A DNA stretch of 64,000 nucleotides. Origin: Octopus vulgaris. Its lineage: Eukaryota. Under the pieces are notes generated by a model. That model did not search any database, was not told where the DNA came from, and saw only the letters and a program-made list of their open reading frames with translations. A program made the position numbers and the translations under genes. The stretch covers positions 32,860,001-32,924,000 of the forward strand of contig OX597837.1 of the NCBI GenBank assembly GCA_951406725.2, read 5' to 3'. Positions 37,005 to 49,888 of this stretch are shown piece by piece (position 1 is the stretch's first letter; every line of letters starts with the position of its first letter).

Positions 37005-38317
37005 CTACGGGTGAATATACGCGTGAAATCTCTAAATCTGTTCACACTTCAGTCCTTTGCATTCGCCCTCACCCCATACCCGTTGTTCACCCACCCACCC
37101 ATCCACACACACACACACTAACCACAATTACCCTATTTCCCATCTACCCCTTTCTTCATCCGGACAACCCTGCCCCTCCCTCCACCCACCCCGCTCATCC
37201 ACCTTCAGCCTATCTCCTCCTTCCATACCGTGTGCCAAACATTCTCTACCCCAGCCCCTAACCAACACTCGCGCATCCTCTTCAAGCCCACCCCCTCGTC
37301 ATCCCTTGCATCCCTTTCTGCTCACTTAACCCGTTTACCTAACCCCAAGTGGAACCAACTAGAAATCTATTGTGGGGATTGTTCGACCTGCTAGAAATCA
37401 CAGCCAAAATTCCTCTAATTGTACCTGGTTGTCTTAAGGAGGTAAAAAGTCACATCAGCTAGTATGATCCCTTTTTTTTTTCTTGACCCTTTTATTAACC
37501 CTTAGGTTGGTCATCCAATTTCCATGACATGTATGTGACTGGGATCACATTTCCCTGCATGTAGGGTTCAAAGCAAGCTGTTTTGAAGGAAGGGGACAAA
37601 CTGGGGGCCACACCAACCCCAATGCTTGACTGGTACGTTATTTTATTGACCCCCACCCCACCAAAGGAGCAAAAGGCAAAAGTGACTTTGGCAAGATTTG
37701 AACTCAAAACTTAAAGAGCCGGAGGAAATGCCACTGAGTATTTTGTCCAACATGCTAATGATTCTGCCAAGCCCAGCTCATTGCCTCGTATGGTCAGGAA
37801 GGATGGTCATGGCTGGAATATCTTTGATCATAATACATATCTGCTCCCCCCCACCCTTTCAGAGATGATTTGGGGGCTAAACAACAAACAGCCTAACCCT
37901 TTCCCTTCTCTTTGCTTCACTCTGCCCCCTCCTCCCCTATCACCTCTATCATTCCTAACAACCCCCTCCCACACACACATACACACACTCCAACAAGACA
38001 AGACACCTGGGTAGAAGAATATGAGAACCAGTCTTTCCCCAGCCACCCCTCAACCGTGGCCACCACCACCACCACCACCATCACCACCACCATCTCAAGA
38101 GCACATTACTAGCACTTAACATAGTCATGGCTTCAATGTTGGTGAGGGTAGTGTTAATGGTACCAGAGAACTTTACCTACTTCCCCCTCCTCCTCCCCCC
38201 AACTACTACTATACTACGACTACAGTTACTACTATACTACTACTAATGCTAATACTAATACTAATACTAATGCTGCTGCTACTTCTACTACTACTACTGC
38301 TGCCGCTGCTAATGCTT

Positions 38318-38353
<36 letters not shown>

Positions 38354-38892
38354 ATGCTACTGATGATGATGATGATGATGATGTTGCTGCTTTCATTCTT
38401 TTTTCCCTTCCACTCTGGACAGGCTTCTTGTCAAAAGCATTCCAATGATGACCATCCTGTCTTTGATTTTCGCTGGCATCGCATCGTATATCCGAGACTC
38501 CGTTATTCAATGTTTCCTTCCTTGAAATTCTTTCAATAAAGTGGGACACAGTTTGAGTTGAATGCTTTGGTTGCTATTTATAGCAGATCAACCAACCGGA
38601 AAGTAGAGCACCCTCCTCCACAACCCCACCTCCCTACAGCTTTCTCTTTTACTGCAACTGCGGCAGCGTTTAGGGCATCACTGTCACGGAATATTGCAGA
38701 TTATATTGACCCCTACCCCCCTCTGCCTTCTTCCCCGACAATTTCCTGCTTATTTTTTCAACCCCTGGAAGGACAAAAGACAACATTGGACTTTGGTGGG
38801 ATTTGAACACAGAATGTAAAGATACATGTCTAATTACCACAAGGTGGATTTTTTGATTCTTTCTAATCCCTAATTTCTAGCCCAAAGAAAAT

Positions 38893-39015
38893 GGTTAGGT
38901 TTAGGGTAGGGTTAGGACTGGGTTTAGGATTTGGTTTAAGTGTAGGGTTAGGATTAGGGTTTAGACTAGGGTTAAGGTTAAGACTAAGGTTAGGATTAGG
39001 GTGAGGATTAGGATT
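38893..39015 (+). repeat. Degenerate interstitial (TTAGGG)n-like tract
   Basis: About 20 hexamers of TTAGGG/TTAGGA/TTAAGG/CTAGGG type. Confidence 0.8.
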
Positions 39016-39720
39016 ATGTAAAAATTGTGATGTACACTACCATTTAATTGACCCCGTATTAAACTGGCAGCCAAATGGCAGGTTTGTTGGAGTATCAGAT
39101 AGAAGGCCTTGTGCTGTTTGTTTCAGTTTTCTGTAAAATTCAAATCTCCCCTTTCTTCTTTGTGGGGTTGATAAATAAAGTACCTATCTAGGGTACCCAT
39201 CTCGGGGTACACTTAATTCACCTCTTGATTTATCACTACGAACCACATTTGATACCACTAGTAGAGTTTATTCTGTTGCAATCTGGCCAGGTTTTCTTTC
39301 ATTTTGCTTAGTCAAAAGGAAGTGAGGGCTGTGCACACAACTGCTATTCAGGGTCTCCAAGAAAGCTAGGCAGGAAGGAAAAAAGGATTCTCAGGCCAGA
39401 GACTTCATTCAAATGCTCTCAACAGAGTGGACTCCAGTAAAATGTTAACCCTTTAGCATTTAAACAGGCCATATTGGGACCAAACATTTGACCTGTTTTA
39501 TGTTGAAACTGGCCAGGTCCAGCCTCTCACACCCTCCTACATTGTCATTCTAAAAATAAAGAAAAAATCATTGAAATTTTAAAATTAATAGATAATGAAT
39601 TTTTGGATTTGGTTTGCAAGATTCTTTATATGAGTTCTTGTATTGAAGCATATTCTGTTGTGTCTGGGGAGAGTCATTTTCTTTTTGTGCCTTATTATGT
39701 AACACACTCACCGGTGAGTA

Positions 39721-40048
39721 TCATCATCATCATCATCATCATCGTTTAACGTCCGCTTTCCATGCTAGCATGGGTTGGACGGTTCAACTGGGGTCTGGGG
39801 AGCCAGAAGGCTGCACCAGGCCAGTCAGATCTGGCAGTGTTTCTACAGCTGGATGCCCTTCCTAATGCCAACCACTCCGAGAGTGTAGTGGGTGATTTTA
39901 TGTGCCACCGACACAGGTGCCAGACGAGGCTGGCGAACAGCCACGATCGGATGGTGTTTTTTTATGTGCCACCGACACAGGTGCCAGACGAGGCTGGCAG
40001 ACGGCCACGCTTGGATGGTGTTTTTTATGTGCCACCGACACAGGTGCC
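39721..40048 (-). mobile_element. SINE family D, 5' truncated, (GAT)n tail, with an internal roughly 62-bp tandem repeat
   Basis: Shares GTGGTTGGCRTTAGGAAGGGCATCCAGCTGTAGAAAC and the tail with 56176-56497 and 43960-44225. Confidence 0.8.
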
Positions 40049-40199
40049 AAGGCACAAAAAGAAAATGTCTCTCCCCAGACACAATAGATAATGAATGATT
40101 AATTTAAAACAACATGAATAAATAAGCATTACATTTGACAAAGAAATCTGAAACAGTTCTATATTTAAGAGATGAAGAATTATGTACATTATTTACAGT

Positions 40200-40571
40200 T
40201 GGCTGTGTGGTAAGTAGCTTGCTTACAAACCACTTGGTTCTGGGTTTAGTCCCACTGCGTGGCATTTTCTACTATAGCCTTGGGCTGACCAAAGCCTTGT
40301 GAGTGGATTTGGTAGACGGAAACTGAAAGAAGCCCGTCGTATATATGTATATATATATATATATTTTTGAATGTGTGTGTGTTTATGTTTGTGTGTCTGT
40401 GTTTGTCTCCCCAACATCGCTTGACAACTGATGCTGATGTGTTTACATCCCCATAACTTAGCATTTCGGCAAAAGAGATGGATAGCATAAGTACTAGGTT
40501 TACAAACAATAAGTCCTGGGGTCGATTTGCTCGACTAAAGGCAGTGCTCCAGCCACGCCACAGTCAAATGA
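40200..40571 (+). mobile_element. SINE-B, diverged
   Basis: Sequence similarity to other copies. Confidence 0.85.
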
Positions 40572-40595
40572 ACCTAGGTTCGAAATTTCCTCAAG

Positions 40596-40639
40596 ACACC
40601 TGATGAAGGCTGGAGGGTATATCAGCCGAAACATTGTGC
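40596..40639 (+). ncRNA. Minimal type I hammerhead-ribozyme-like motif (Penelope-type)
   Basis: ACAC-CTGATGA-A-GGCTG(loop)CAGCC-GAAAC-ATT-GTG: intact CUGAUGA and GAAA cores, 5-bp stem II, short stem I. Confidence 0.6.
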
Positions 40640-40946
40640 TAACAACAAACAAGATGAGGACAAATATCTATCAAATGTAAATAATGTATGTAATTTGAAT
40701 GGCAAAGGAAGGTTAAACCAGATGACAGAGTAAAACAACCAGTCAAATAGGCCCTGGCAGGATTTGAACTCAGGGTGTCCTTATGATTCTGCCATTCCAC
40801 TGTTCTAGACTGGTACTTTATTTATCAACCCCAAAAGAAAGGAAAGCAAAGTTGTCCTCAGAATACTAAGTGTCAAAGCAAATACCACAAGACATCCTTC
40901 CCACCTGGTACCCTAATGGTTCTGCCACCTCATTGTTCTAGATTGA

Positions 40947-41369
40947 TTCATTAATTACCGACCCATGAAGAACGGAAAGCAAAGTCGACCTTGGTGAGAT
41001 TTGAACTCCAAACGCAAGAAGCTAGAATAAGTATTGAATGAATATCTATGGCAAGCCATTTCTTGCCAGTGTTCTTACACTTCTGCCAGTTTGGCACTTA
41101 TGTGCTGGCGGTGGTAGTGTGGGCGCTGGTGTCGGGGGGGTTAATCCAGATGCTTCATTAATTACCGACCCATGAAGAATGGAAAGCAAAGTCGACCTTG
41201 GTGAGATTTGAACTCCAAACGCAAGAAGCTAGAATAAGTATTGAATGAATATCTATGGCAAGCCATTTCTTGCCAGTGCTCTTACAACTTCTGCCAGTTT
41301 GGCACTTATGTGTTGGCGGTGGTAGTGTAGTGTGGGCGCTGGTGTCGGGGGGGGGGTTTAATCCAGATG
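40947..41369. repeat. Tandem duplication of about 207 bp containing a C-related fragment
   Basis: Copies at 40947-41152 and 41154-41369 are nearly identical. Confidence 0.9.
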
Positions 41370-42014
41370 AGAACCATTTTAAATGCAAGATATATGATCT
41401 AAAATGTATTTAACTTTCGGGACCCCCAGGAGGAAGCAGAGATAGGGGGTGGGAGCAATATAAACCCCAAGCTGTTTACTGCATCTTTAATAATTCATTT
41501 TTTTTTGAGCAATGATGATGGTGGTAGTGGTGATGGTGGTGGTGATAAAGTTGGTGTTGCTGATGTTGTTGTTGTTGTTGGTGGTGGTGGTGGCGGTGTT
41601 AGTGGAGATGATGACAATGATGATTATGGTGATGGTGATGCCGTTTATTAATCCGCCTAGTTAAACACACTCCTGAGGCTCTGGTTTCATTTTCATCTTG
41701 GAAGTAGAAAAGGTGAAGAAGAAGAAGAAGAAGAAGAAAAAAAAAGAAAGAAAGAAAAAAGCAAGCAAGAAATAAGACAAATGGGGAAAGAAAAAAAAAG
41801 GTTGAAGTTAATTTCTTTTGGGATCAATTTAGCTTACCAGAAATAAACGAATAAATTAACGAATAAATAAAAAGAAATAAAAAGGAAAGGGTTTATGAAT
41901 GAAAATTGGACAAGTTTCCCTGTCTGTCTGTCTGTCTGTCTTGTTTTCTTTCTCTCTCCCTCTCTTTCTCTCATTATTTTTCATTCATACTCTTTCTTCC
42001 TCTTTCTCTCACTG

Positions 42015-42046
<32 letters not shown>

Positions 42047-42155
42047 ATTCTGTCTTTCCCTTTCTTTCTCTCTCTCTCTTCCCTCTTTATCACTCTCTTT
42101 TTTTACTCTCTTTCTCTCTGTCTCCTTTTCTTACTCTCTCTTTTTCTTTGTCTCA

Positions 42156-42203
<48 letters not shown>

Positions 42204-42587
42204 ACTCTCTCTCTGCCTCTGTCTCTCTCTCACTCTTTCTACCTCTTCCTTCTCCCCTTTCTCTTCTCCCTCTCTCCCTCTCCTTTAAGGACCACTTCCT
42301 TAACAGTATTGTAAATCTCACCCAAAATGGGTGGGGTTCTAGGGAACAGGAGGAAACAACATAGTGACAAGGGGTGTTAAAGGATCAAATTTCTATGATT
42401 GTTGTCTTTTTAGTGAAAATGGTGAAGTGGGAGGAGAAAAGGGCATAGAAATATAAGGGGGCACTGACACAGAGATTAGGGGTTAGCTCATCATAAACCG
42501 GAGTGAATCTGAAACCCCTTTTCAATTTATGATAGCAATCATTTCATTTCCCCAAACATAACTTTTCTATGCATGTGCGCGCGTGCG

Positions 42588-42621
<34 letters not shown>

Positions 42622-42713
42622 CACACACACATATACACAGATACACACACATCATCATCATCATCATCGTCAACCATCCATGTTCCATGTTGACATGGCT
42701 TGGAGGGTTTTTA

Positions 42714-43525
42714 TCTTTCACTTGTTTCAGTCATTAGACTGTGGCCATGCTGGGGCATCACCTTGAAGTATGAATTGACCCACCCCCCACCACCACCACC
42801 ACCAGGACTTATGAATTGACCCCCAGGACTTACTTTTGCGTTTTTTGCTTTTAAGCTTGGTACTTATTCTATCAGTCTGTCTTGCTGAACTGCCAAGTTA
42901 CAGGGACATAAACAAAGCAACACTGGTTGTCAAACGGTGGTGGAGGACAAACACAGACATAAACATGCACACACACACATGCACACGCACATACACACAC
43001 ACACACACACACACATACATGTACATATATACAACAAACATGAAGGTCTGTGGCGTTTTGGTAAGCCCTCGGCTCATGATCATAAGGTCAATTATTTCAA
43101 TTCCTGGTGGTGTGTTGTGTCCTTGAGCAAGACACTTCATTTCACATGGCTCCAGGCCATTCAGCTGATAAAAAATGAGTAGTACCTGTAATTCAATGGG
43201 GCCAGCCTTGTCACACTCTGTGTCACTCTGAATCTCACTGAGAACTATGTTAAGGGTACATGCATCTGTGGAGTGCTCAGCCACTTGCATGTTAATTTCA
43301 CGAGCAGGCTGTTCCATTGATCAGATCAACGGGAACCCTCATCGTCGTAACCGACCAAGTACCAGTATATGACAGGCAAATTTCAGTTTCTGTCTACCAA
43401 ATCCACTCATGAGGCTTTTGTTGGCCCAAGGCTATAGTAGAAGGCTCTAACCTTAAGTGTCATGCAGTGGGACTGAACCCAGAACCATGTGGTTGGGAAG
43501 CAAGCTTCTTACCACACAGCCATGC
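42714..43525 (-). mobile_element. Diverged SINE-B with a nested older A-related CORE-like SINE (+, about 43045-43360)
   Basis: B tail and B head flank an element with GTGTCCTTGAGCAAGACACTT and a family-A 3' half. Confidence 0.78.
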
Positions 43526-44334
43526 CTGTGCTTATGTCTACTTTGATAAGCTTTCTGCAGTTGGGTGACATTCCTAAAATCAACCACTTTACAACATGTA
43601 TTGGGTGTGTTTTTTGTTTTGTGCCACCAGCACCTGTGAGGTCACCATGTGGCATGCAAGACTATGAACCCGAAGACAAGTGAGGGTTCGTAGTCATTGT
43701 ATGGCATTTGGCGGTTGAAATGTTGACTGGTGCCCACTGCATTGCACCAGCTGCACAATAAGGTCTGTTGGTGCTTTTAGGCAAAGTGGCTGAGTTCCTT
43801 TGAGGAGAACTTTCTAGGTGCAATCCCATGGTCATTCATGACCGAAGGAGATCTCTACCCTATACTCTTTTACTTGTTTCAGTCATTTGACTGTGATCAT
43901 GGTGGAGCACTGCCTTTAGTCGAGCAAATCGATGATGATGATGATGATGATGATGATATACATATGCTCATTGTAAAGTGGGTGGCGTCTGGAAGGGCAT
44001 CCAGCTTTAAAAACCTTGCCAAAACTGACCTTGCTTGTGCTGGTGCCACACAGAAAGCACTCAATCCATTCTGCAGGGTGGTTGGTGTTAGGGAATGCAT
44101 CCAGCCGTAAAAAAAAATCATGCCAAAACAGACACTGAATCCTGGTGCAGTCTCCTACCTTCCTGGCTCCTGTCAAAATCTTCAGCCCATGCCAGCATGG
44201 AAAGCAGATGTTAAATTATGATGGTGGTGGTAATGGTAGTGGTAGTGGTGGTGGTTGTGGTGGTGGTGATATATACATGTGTATTGCGTTCTATTTTTCC
44301 TGTTTACATCACCAAACCTACACACACACACCTC

Positions 44335-44365
<31 letters not shown>

Positions 44366-44367
44366 CT

Positions 44368-44429
<62 letters not shown>

Positions 44430-44438
44430 CATACATAC

Positions 44439-44475
<37 letters not shown>

Positions 44476-44702
44476 AGGCGGCGAGCTGGTAGAAACGTTA
44501 GCACGCCGGGCGAAATACTTAGCCGTATTTCGTCTGTCGTTACGTTCCGAGTTCAAATTCCGCCGAGGTCGACTTTGCCTTTCATCCTTTCGGGGTCGAT
44601 AAATTAAGTACCAGTTACGCACTGGGGTCGATGTAGTCGACTTAATCCCTTTGTCTGTCCTTGTTTGTCCCCTCTGTGTTTAGCCCCTTGTGGGTAGTAA
44701 AG

Positions 44703-44707
<5 letters not shown>
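44476..44707 (+). mobile_element. SINE-C monomer within (TA)n
   Basis: Full head; 3' GAAATA merges into (TA)n. Confidence 0.92.
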
Positions 44708-44751
<44 letters not shown>

Positions 44752-44769
44752 CATACATATATATATACA

Positions 44770-44801
<32 letters not shown>

Positions 44802-45689
44802 CACTTATATATACATAATATATATATAAGTATGTATGTACACAAATGCATGCACGCACTCATACACACGCACACACCTGCACCTAGATATATGACCATA
44901 TAGAATTATCATTTTGATATGTTCCACATTGCTTCTGGTGTGGTTGAGATGAAATTCTTTATCAATCTTAGAAATTCCCAAATTCCAAACACAACAGATG
45001 TTCCAAGATATGAATTCCTCAGAAGCATTACACACAGCCATCATAAATGCAGGTGTAACTGTGTAGTTAAAAGGTTTGGTTCGTATCTACGTGATTGTTG
45101 GTTCAATCCCACCGTGAAGTACCTTAGGAAAATATCTTTTATGTTAGATTCAGGTTGACCACTGCTTTGTGAGTGGAATTTGATGGGCGGAAACTGTATG
45201 GAAGCCTGTTGTACTGTGTATGTGTGTGTGTGTGTGAGCATGCATTTGCGTGTATGCATACATGAGTGTCTTGTGCTTAAGCCTGTAGTATTGCATTCTT
45301 TATTTTAAAAAAAGCAATAAAATCATAATTTTGTGATTCAATAAATAGGTCAAAGGAGACTATGTAGAAGCTCTCTCAATGATGGAGTTTCTGTGTCATT
45401 GCTCAACATGTCAGAAATAGCAGCCAATTCTCCTTCAAATCACACCCTGCATGTCTTAAAAAACAACCACTGGATTATATTGTCCTCGTTACACAACACC
45501 TGGTAAAAAAAAAAAAATTAAGTAGAGATGGTCATGGCTTGTATGCCTTTTGATTGTAGGTTCACTGGATCAGAGCTGACTTGGGGCTAAACAACAATGA
45601 CCTGGTCTACTGACCCGCTTGAAATAGTAGCTGAATGTCTTTCAAATTATACTGCATTATCATTTAAAAGTGAGGAAGACAACTACATT

Positions 45690-45910
45690 ACTCTTTACTC
45701 TTTTACTCTTTTACTTGTTTCAGTCATTTGACTGCGGCCAAGCTGGAGCACCACCTTTAATCGAGCAACTCGACCTCGGGACTTATTCTTTGTAAGCCCA
45801 GTACTTATTCTGTCGGTCTCTTTTGCCGAACTGCTAAGTGACGGTGACATAAACACACCAGCATCGGTTGTCAAGCGATGTTGGGGGGACAAACACAGAC
45901 ATACAAACAT

Positions 45911-45941
<31 letters not shown>

Positions 45942-46107
45942 CATATATACGACGGGCTTCTTTCAGTTTCCGTCTACCAAATCCACTCACAAGGCTTTGG
46001 TCGGCCCAAGGCTATAGTAGAAAACACTTGCCCAAGATGCCACACAGTGGGACTGAACCCGGAACCATGTGGTTGGTAAGCAAGCTACTTACCACACAGC
46101 CACTCCT
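45690..46107 (-). mobile_element. SINE-B
   Basis: Sequence identity to other copies. Confidence 0.9.
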
Positions 46108-46535
46108 TGTATAAAGTAGTTTAAAAAGATGGAAGTGTGATGACCAGAATGCCTTTCATTATAGGTCTGCTGGATCAAACCTGACCAAGGATTAAAGAAC
46201 AAGCAACCACCCCTTCTAACCCTACCCTACGACCCCCAGCTGCTGACATGGAGGCTGGTCCCCTCATCTTTCTAATTGGTTCAATGGTTTTGTTAATTAT
46301 TATAGCCAGGATGTGTTGGTGGGTTTCATGCTGGTTATAACAACAGTTACATCCAGCCGGAAGTGTTTGTGACTGTTGTTGTTATTGTTGCTGTTGTTCT
46401 TTAGCCCCAGGTCAGTACTGATGGAGCTCACTATTCAAACGCCGCCCCATTTCCAATAAGCTCTGGGACTACATTATCCAATATAACCTTCCCTTTTATT
46501 GTTAGGCATTTTTAGGTGCAGTTTGAGGGAGACCT

Positions 46536-46922
46536 GTGGAGGCGCAATGGCCCAGTGGTTAGGGTAGCAGACTTGCGGTCGTAGGATCGCGGTTTCGATT
46601 CCCAGACCGGGCGTTGTGAGTGTTTATTGAGCGAAAACACCTAAAGCTCCACGAGGCTCCGGCAGGGGATGGTGGTGATCCCTGCTGTACTCTTTCACCA
46701 CAACTTTCTCTCACTCTTACTTCCTGTTTCTGTTGTACCTGTATTTCAAAGGGCCGGCCTTGTCACTCTCTGTGTCACGCTGAATATCCCCGAGAACTGC
46801 GTTAAGGGTACACGTGTCTGTGGAGTGCTCAGCCACTTACACGTTAATTTCACAAGCAGGCTGTTCCGTTAATCGGATCAACCGGAACCCTCATCGTCGT
46901 AACCGACGGAGTGCTTCCATTA
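46536..46922 (+). mobile_element. SINE-A full length
   Basis: TSD AGGGAGACCT(G) at 46526 and 46923. Confidence 0.92.
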
Positions 46923-47379
46923 AGGGAGACCTGACTGCAGTGCCATCTTAGCAGCTATAAAGGCCCTTGGACAAATCCATGCATTGGACCCTATAATGTA
47001 TATTTATTGATGGCAAGCCACAGCATACATAGATCAGAATTGGGTCCCTTGGCCCCTGAGACCCCTAGATAACTTTCCAATGTGCACATGTCTTAATCTC
47101 GCAGTGCCTGACTGCTGTTTCTAACAAATAAAACAACCATGTATCAACTACCCTAATCAGGAAGTGGTTGCTGCTGCTGGTGCTCCCTTCTTAATTAAGA
47201 GTATGTACATGGAGAGGTGTGGGGTAGCTGTAACAACTGGGTGGAAGCTGGGTGGGTGGATAGGGTATTAGACTAACTGCCCTTTATTTCCTGAGTTTGA
47301 ACCCACTACAGATGTTTTGCTGTATCCCTGGAAAAAAGATTTTTTTATTCTGCTGGGTCACATTTCTTTCAGTTGTTGT

Positions 47380-47575
47380 TGTCATGTAGATTGAGTAGAC
47401 CTTATGATCAAAAGCATTCCACCCATGACCGTCTCACTACCCACTGCCACCCACCACCATTACAATGAAGCCAGGACAGCATTATGCAATGTGACCTTCA
47501 CTAAATGTTTTGGATGTGATTTGAGGGAGATTTGGCTGCCGTCTCTAGCAGGTCATGAGACCATATTATGGTTCC
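47380..47575 (+). repeat. Representative of an old dispersed repeat (family E), about 20 decayed fragments in the window
   Basis: Recurrent motifs TGATCAAAGGCATTCCAGCCATGACCAT and TTTGAGGGAGATTTGGCTGCTATTTCTAGCAGG, e.g. near 13020-13230, 25240, 29140, 38420-38600, 45360-45600, 50060, 53620-53800, 55290-55490, 59550-59700. Class unknown. Confidence 0.7.
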
Positions 47576-47709
47576 TTCTTTGACTCTTGACAACAGTAGA
47601 GGTGGGCATTGGAGTGTCAAGTACAGAAGTTTATCATGTCTGCACACACACAGACATTTTACATAAATCCTAACTACATCTCCCTCCTGCCATATTCTTT
47701 AATTCTTGT

Positions 47710-47876
47710 TCTTTTATTTGTTTCAGTCATTTGACTGTGGTCATGCTGGAGCACTACTTTTAGGTCTTATTCTTTGTATACCTAACACTTATTGTATTGG
47801 TCACTTTTACTGAATCACTAAATTTCCGGGACATAAACACAACGACATCAGTTGTCAACCGATGGTGGGAGGACAA

Positions 47877-47922
<46 letters not shown>

Positions 47923-48085
47923 GAGGTGCTTCTTTCAGTTTCTGTCTACCAAATCCACTCACTAGGTTTTGGTTGGCCTGGGGCTATAGTAGAAGACACT
48001 TACCCAGAGTACCACATAGTAGGACTGAACCCGGAACCATGTGGTTGGGAAACAAGCTTCTTACCACACAGCCACTCCTGCGCCT
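47710..48085 (-). mobile_element. SINE-B, diverged
   Basis: Sequence similarity; partly duplicated at about 51010-51349. Confidence 0.85.
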
Positions 48086-48218
48086 ATACACATATATATA
48101 TATGTGTGGGTGGTGGTGTATATATGTATCTGTGCATGTCTCTTTTTATATGTACATATGTCTACATATATATGTCTGTATATAAATATATGTATATATA
48201 TATATGCCGATATGTATG

Positions 48219-48252
<34 letters not shown>

Positions 48253-48370
48253 TGTATGTATGTATGTATGTATGTATGTATGTATGTTTGTATGTATGTA
48301 TGTATGTATGTATGTGTATATGTATGTATGTTTGTATGTATGTATATATGTATGTATGTATGTTTGTATG

Positions 48371-48404
<34 letters not shown>

Positions 48405-48411
48405 TGTATTT

Positions 48412-48800
48412 GTGGAGGTGCAATGGCCCAGTGGTTAGGGCAGTGGACTAGTGGTTAGGGCAGCGGATTCACGGTCATGGTATCATAGTTTCAATTCCAA
48501 GAAGGAATGTTTATTGAATGAAAGCACCTTAAGTTCCATTAGCTTCTGGCAGGGGTGGGGGCGAACCCTGCTGTACTCCTTCACAACTTTCTCTCACTCT
48601 TTCTTCCTGTTTCTGTTGTACCTGTATTTCAAAGGGCCAGACCTGTCACAGACTGTGTCACACTGAATCTCCCTGAGAACTATATTAAGGGTACACGTGT
48701 CTGTGGGGTGCTCAGCCACTTGCACGTTAATTTCATGAGCAGGCTGTTCCATTGATCGGATCAACTGGAACCCTCTTTGTCGTAACCGACGGAGTGCCAC
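48412..48800 (+). mobile_element. SINE-A, diverged, with duplicated A-box region
   Basis: AGTGGTTAGGGCAG occurs twice in the head. Confidence 0.85.
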
Positions 48801-48829
48801 AAATCTATGTGTATATACACACATCTATA

Positions 48830-49045
48830 ATTCTCTTCTACTCTAGGCACAAGGCCCAAAATTTTGGGGGAGGGGGCCAGTCGATTACGTCGACCTCAGT
48901 GTTCAACTGGTACTTATTTTATCAACCTTGAAAGGATGAAAGGCAATATTGACCCCAGCAGAATTTGAACTCAGAATGTAGCAGCAGACGAAATACCTCT
49001 AAGCAATTCGCTTAGTGTACTAACGATTCTGCCTGCTCACCGCCT
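48830..49045 (-). mobile_element. SINE-C variant-tail subfamily
   Basis: Reverse complement of the 3883-4098 type. Confidence 0.82.
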
Positions 49046-49447
49046 TTATAATAATAATAATAATAATAATAATGAGGAGAAGGAGGAGGACAACGACAAA
49101 GAGGTATGATTCGAAGATTTGGCTGCTCTTTCTAGCAGATGGAGGGGCAACATATAAGCTATCAAGTTTGAATTGGTAGGTACCACCACCACCACCACTA
49201 CCAGGTTATCTGAGAATGGTATATGTGATAGACTAGCATTTCCCACTTACCCAAGGCAAATATGTCCCTTCCATCTACTTCACCTCACGAAACCAGAAAC
49301 CAAAGTTAAGCAAGAGTTTTTTTTTTTTGCTTGTTTATCAAAAGTTTACCTGGATTTTTTTCTCTCTCGTTTGGTTTAAGGGAGCAAGATGTCAAGCGAT
49401 CATGGAAGCACATTCATATATACCCATGTATACACATATATTTATAT

Positions 49448-49745
49448 CACGTGACCGACCAGACCATCAGATGTTGTTACACATCGCTGGTCACAATGCG
49501 TTCGCATTGTTTTAGCCTTCGAATGACGCCACCCCACTGGCTAAATGAGCAGGCCAACAGAAGAAAGAGTGAGAGAAAGTGTGGTGAAAGAGTACAGCAG
49601 GGATCACCACCCCCTGCCGGAGCCTCGTGGAGCTTTTTAGGTGTTTTTGCTCAATAAACACTCACAACGCCCAGTCTAGGAATCGAAACCGCGATCCTAC
49701 GACCGCGAGTCCACTGCCCTAACCACTGGGCCATTGCACCTCCAC
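49448..49745 (-). mobile_element. SINE-A head and body with a different 3' tail (A-prime)
   Basis: Family A sequence up to CTCTCACTCTT, then an unrelated tail of about 120 bp; direct repeat CACATATATTTATAT at 49433-49447 and 49743-49757. Confidence 0.85.
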
Positions 49746-49831
49746 ATATATTTATATAAATGTCGACATATAAATACATACGTATATAAGCATATATGTG
49801 TACACATCTGTATATACATTTAAATACACCT

Positions 49832-49888
49832 CAGTGTTAGATCCCCTGGCCTACAGTGTTAGATCCCCTGGCCTGCAGTGTTAGATCC
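49832..49888. repeat. 22-bp tandem repeat, about 2.6 copies
   Basis: CAGTGTTAGATCCCCTGGCCTR. Confidence 0.88.

Larger units (their letters stand above)
39449..40712. mobile_element. piggyBac-like MITE carrying nested insertions
   Basis: TTAA|CCCTTTAGCATT at the left and degenerate AATGGCAAAGGAAGG|TTAA at the right. Confidence 0.5.

Noticed and set aside
38893-39015. True telomere
   Set aside because: Short, degenerate and internal.
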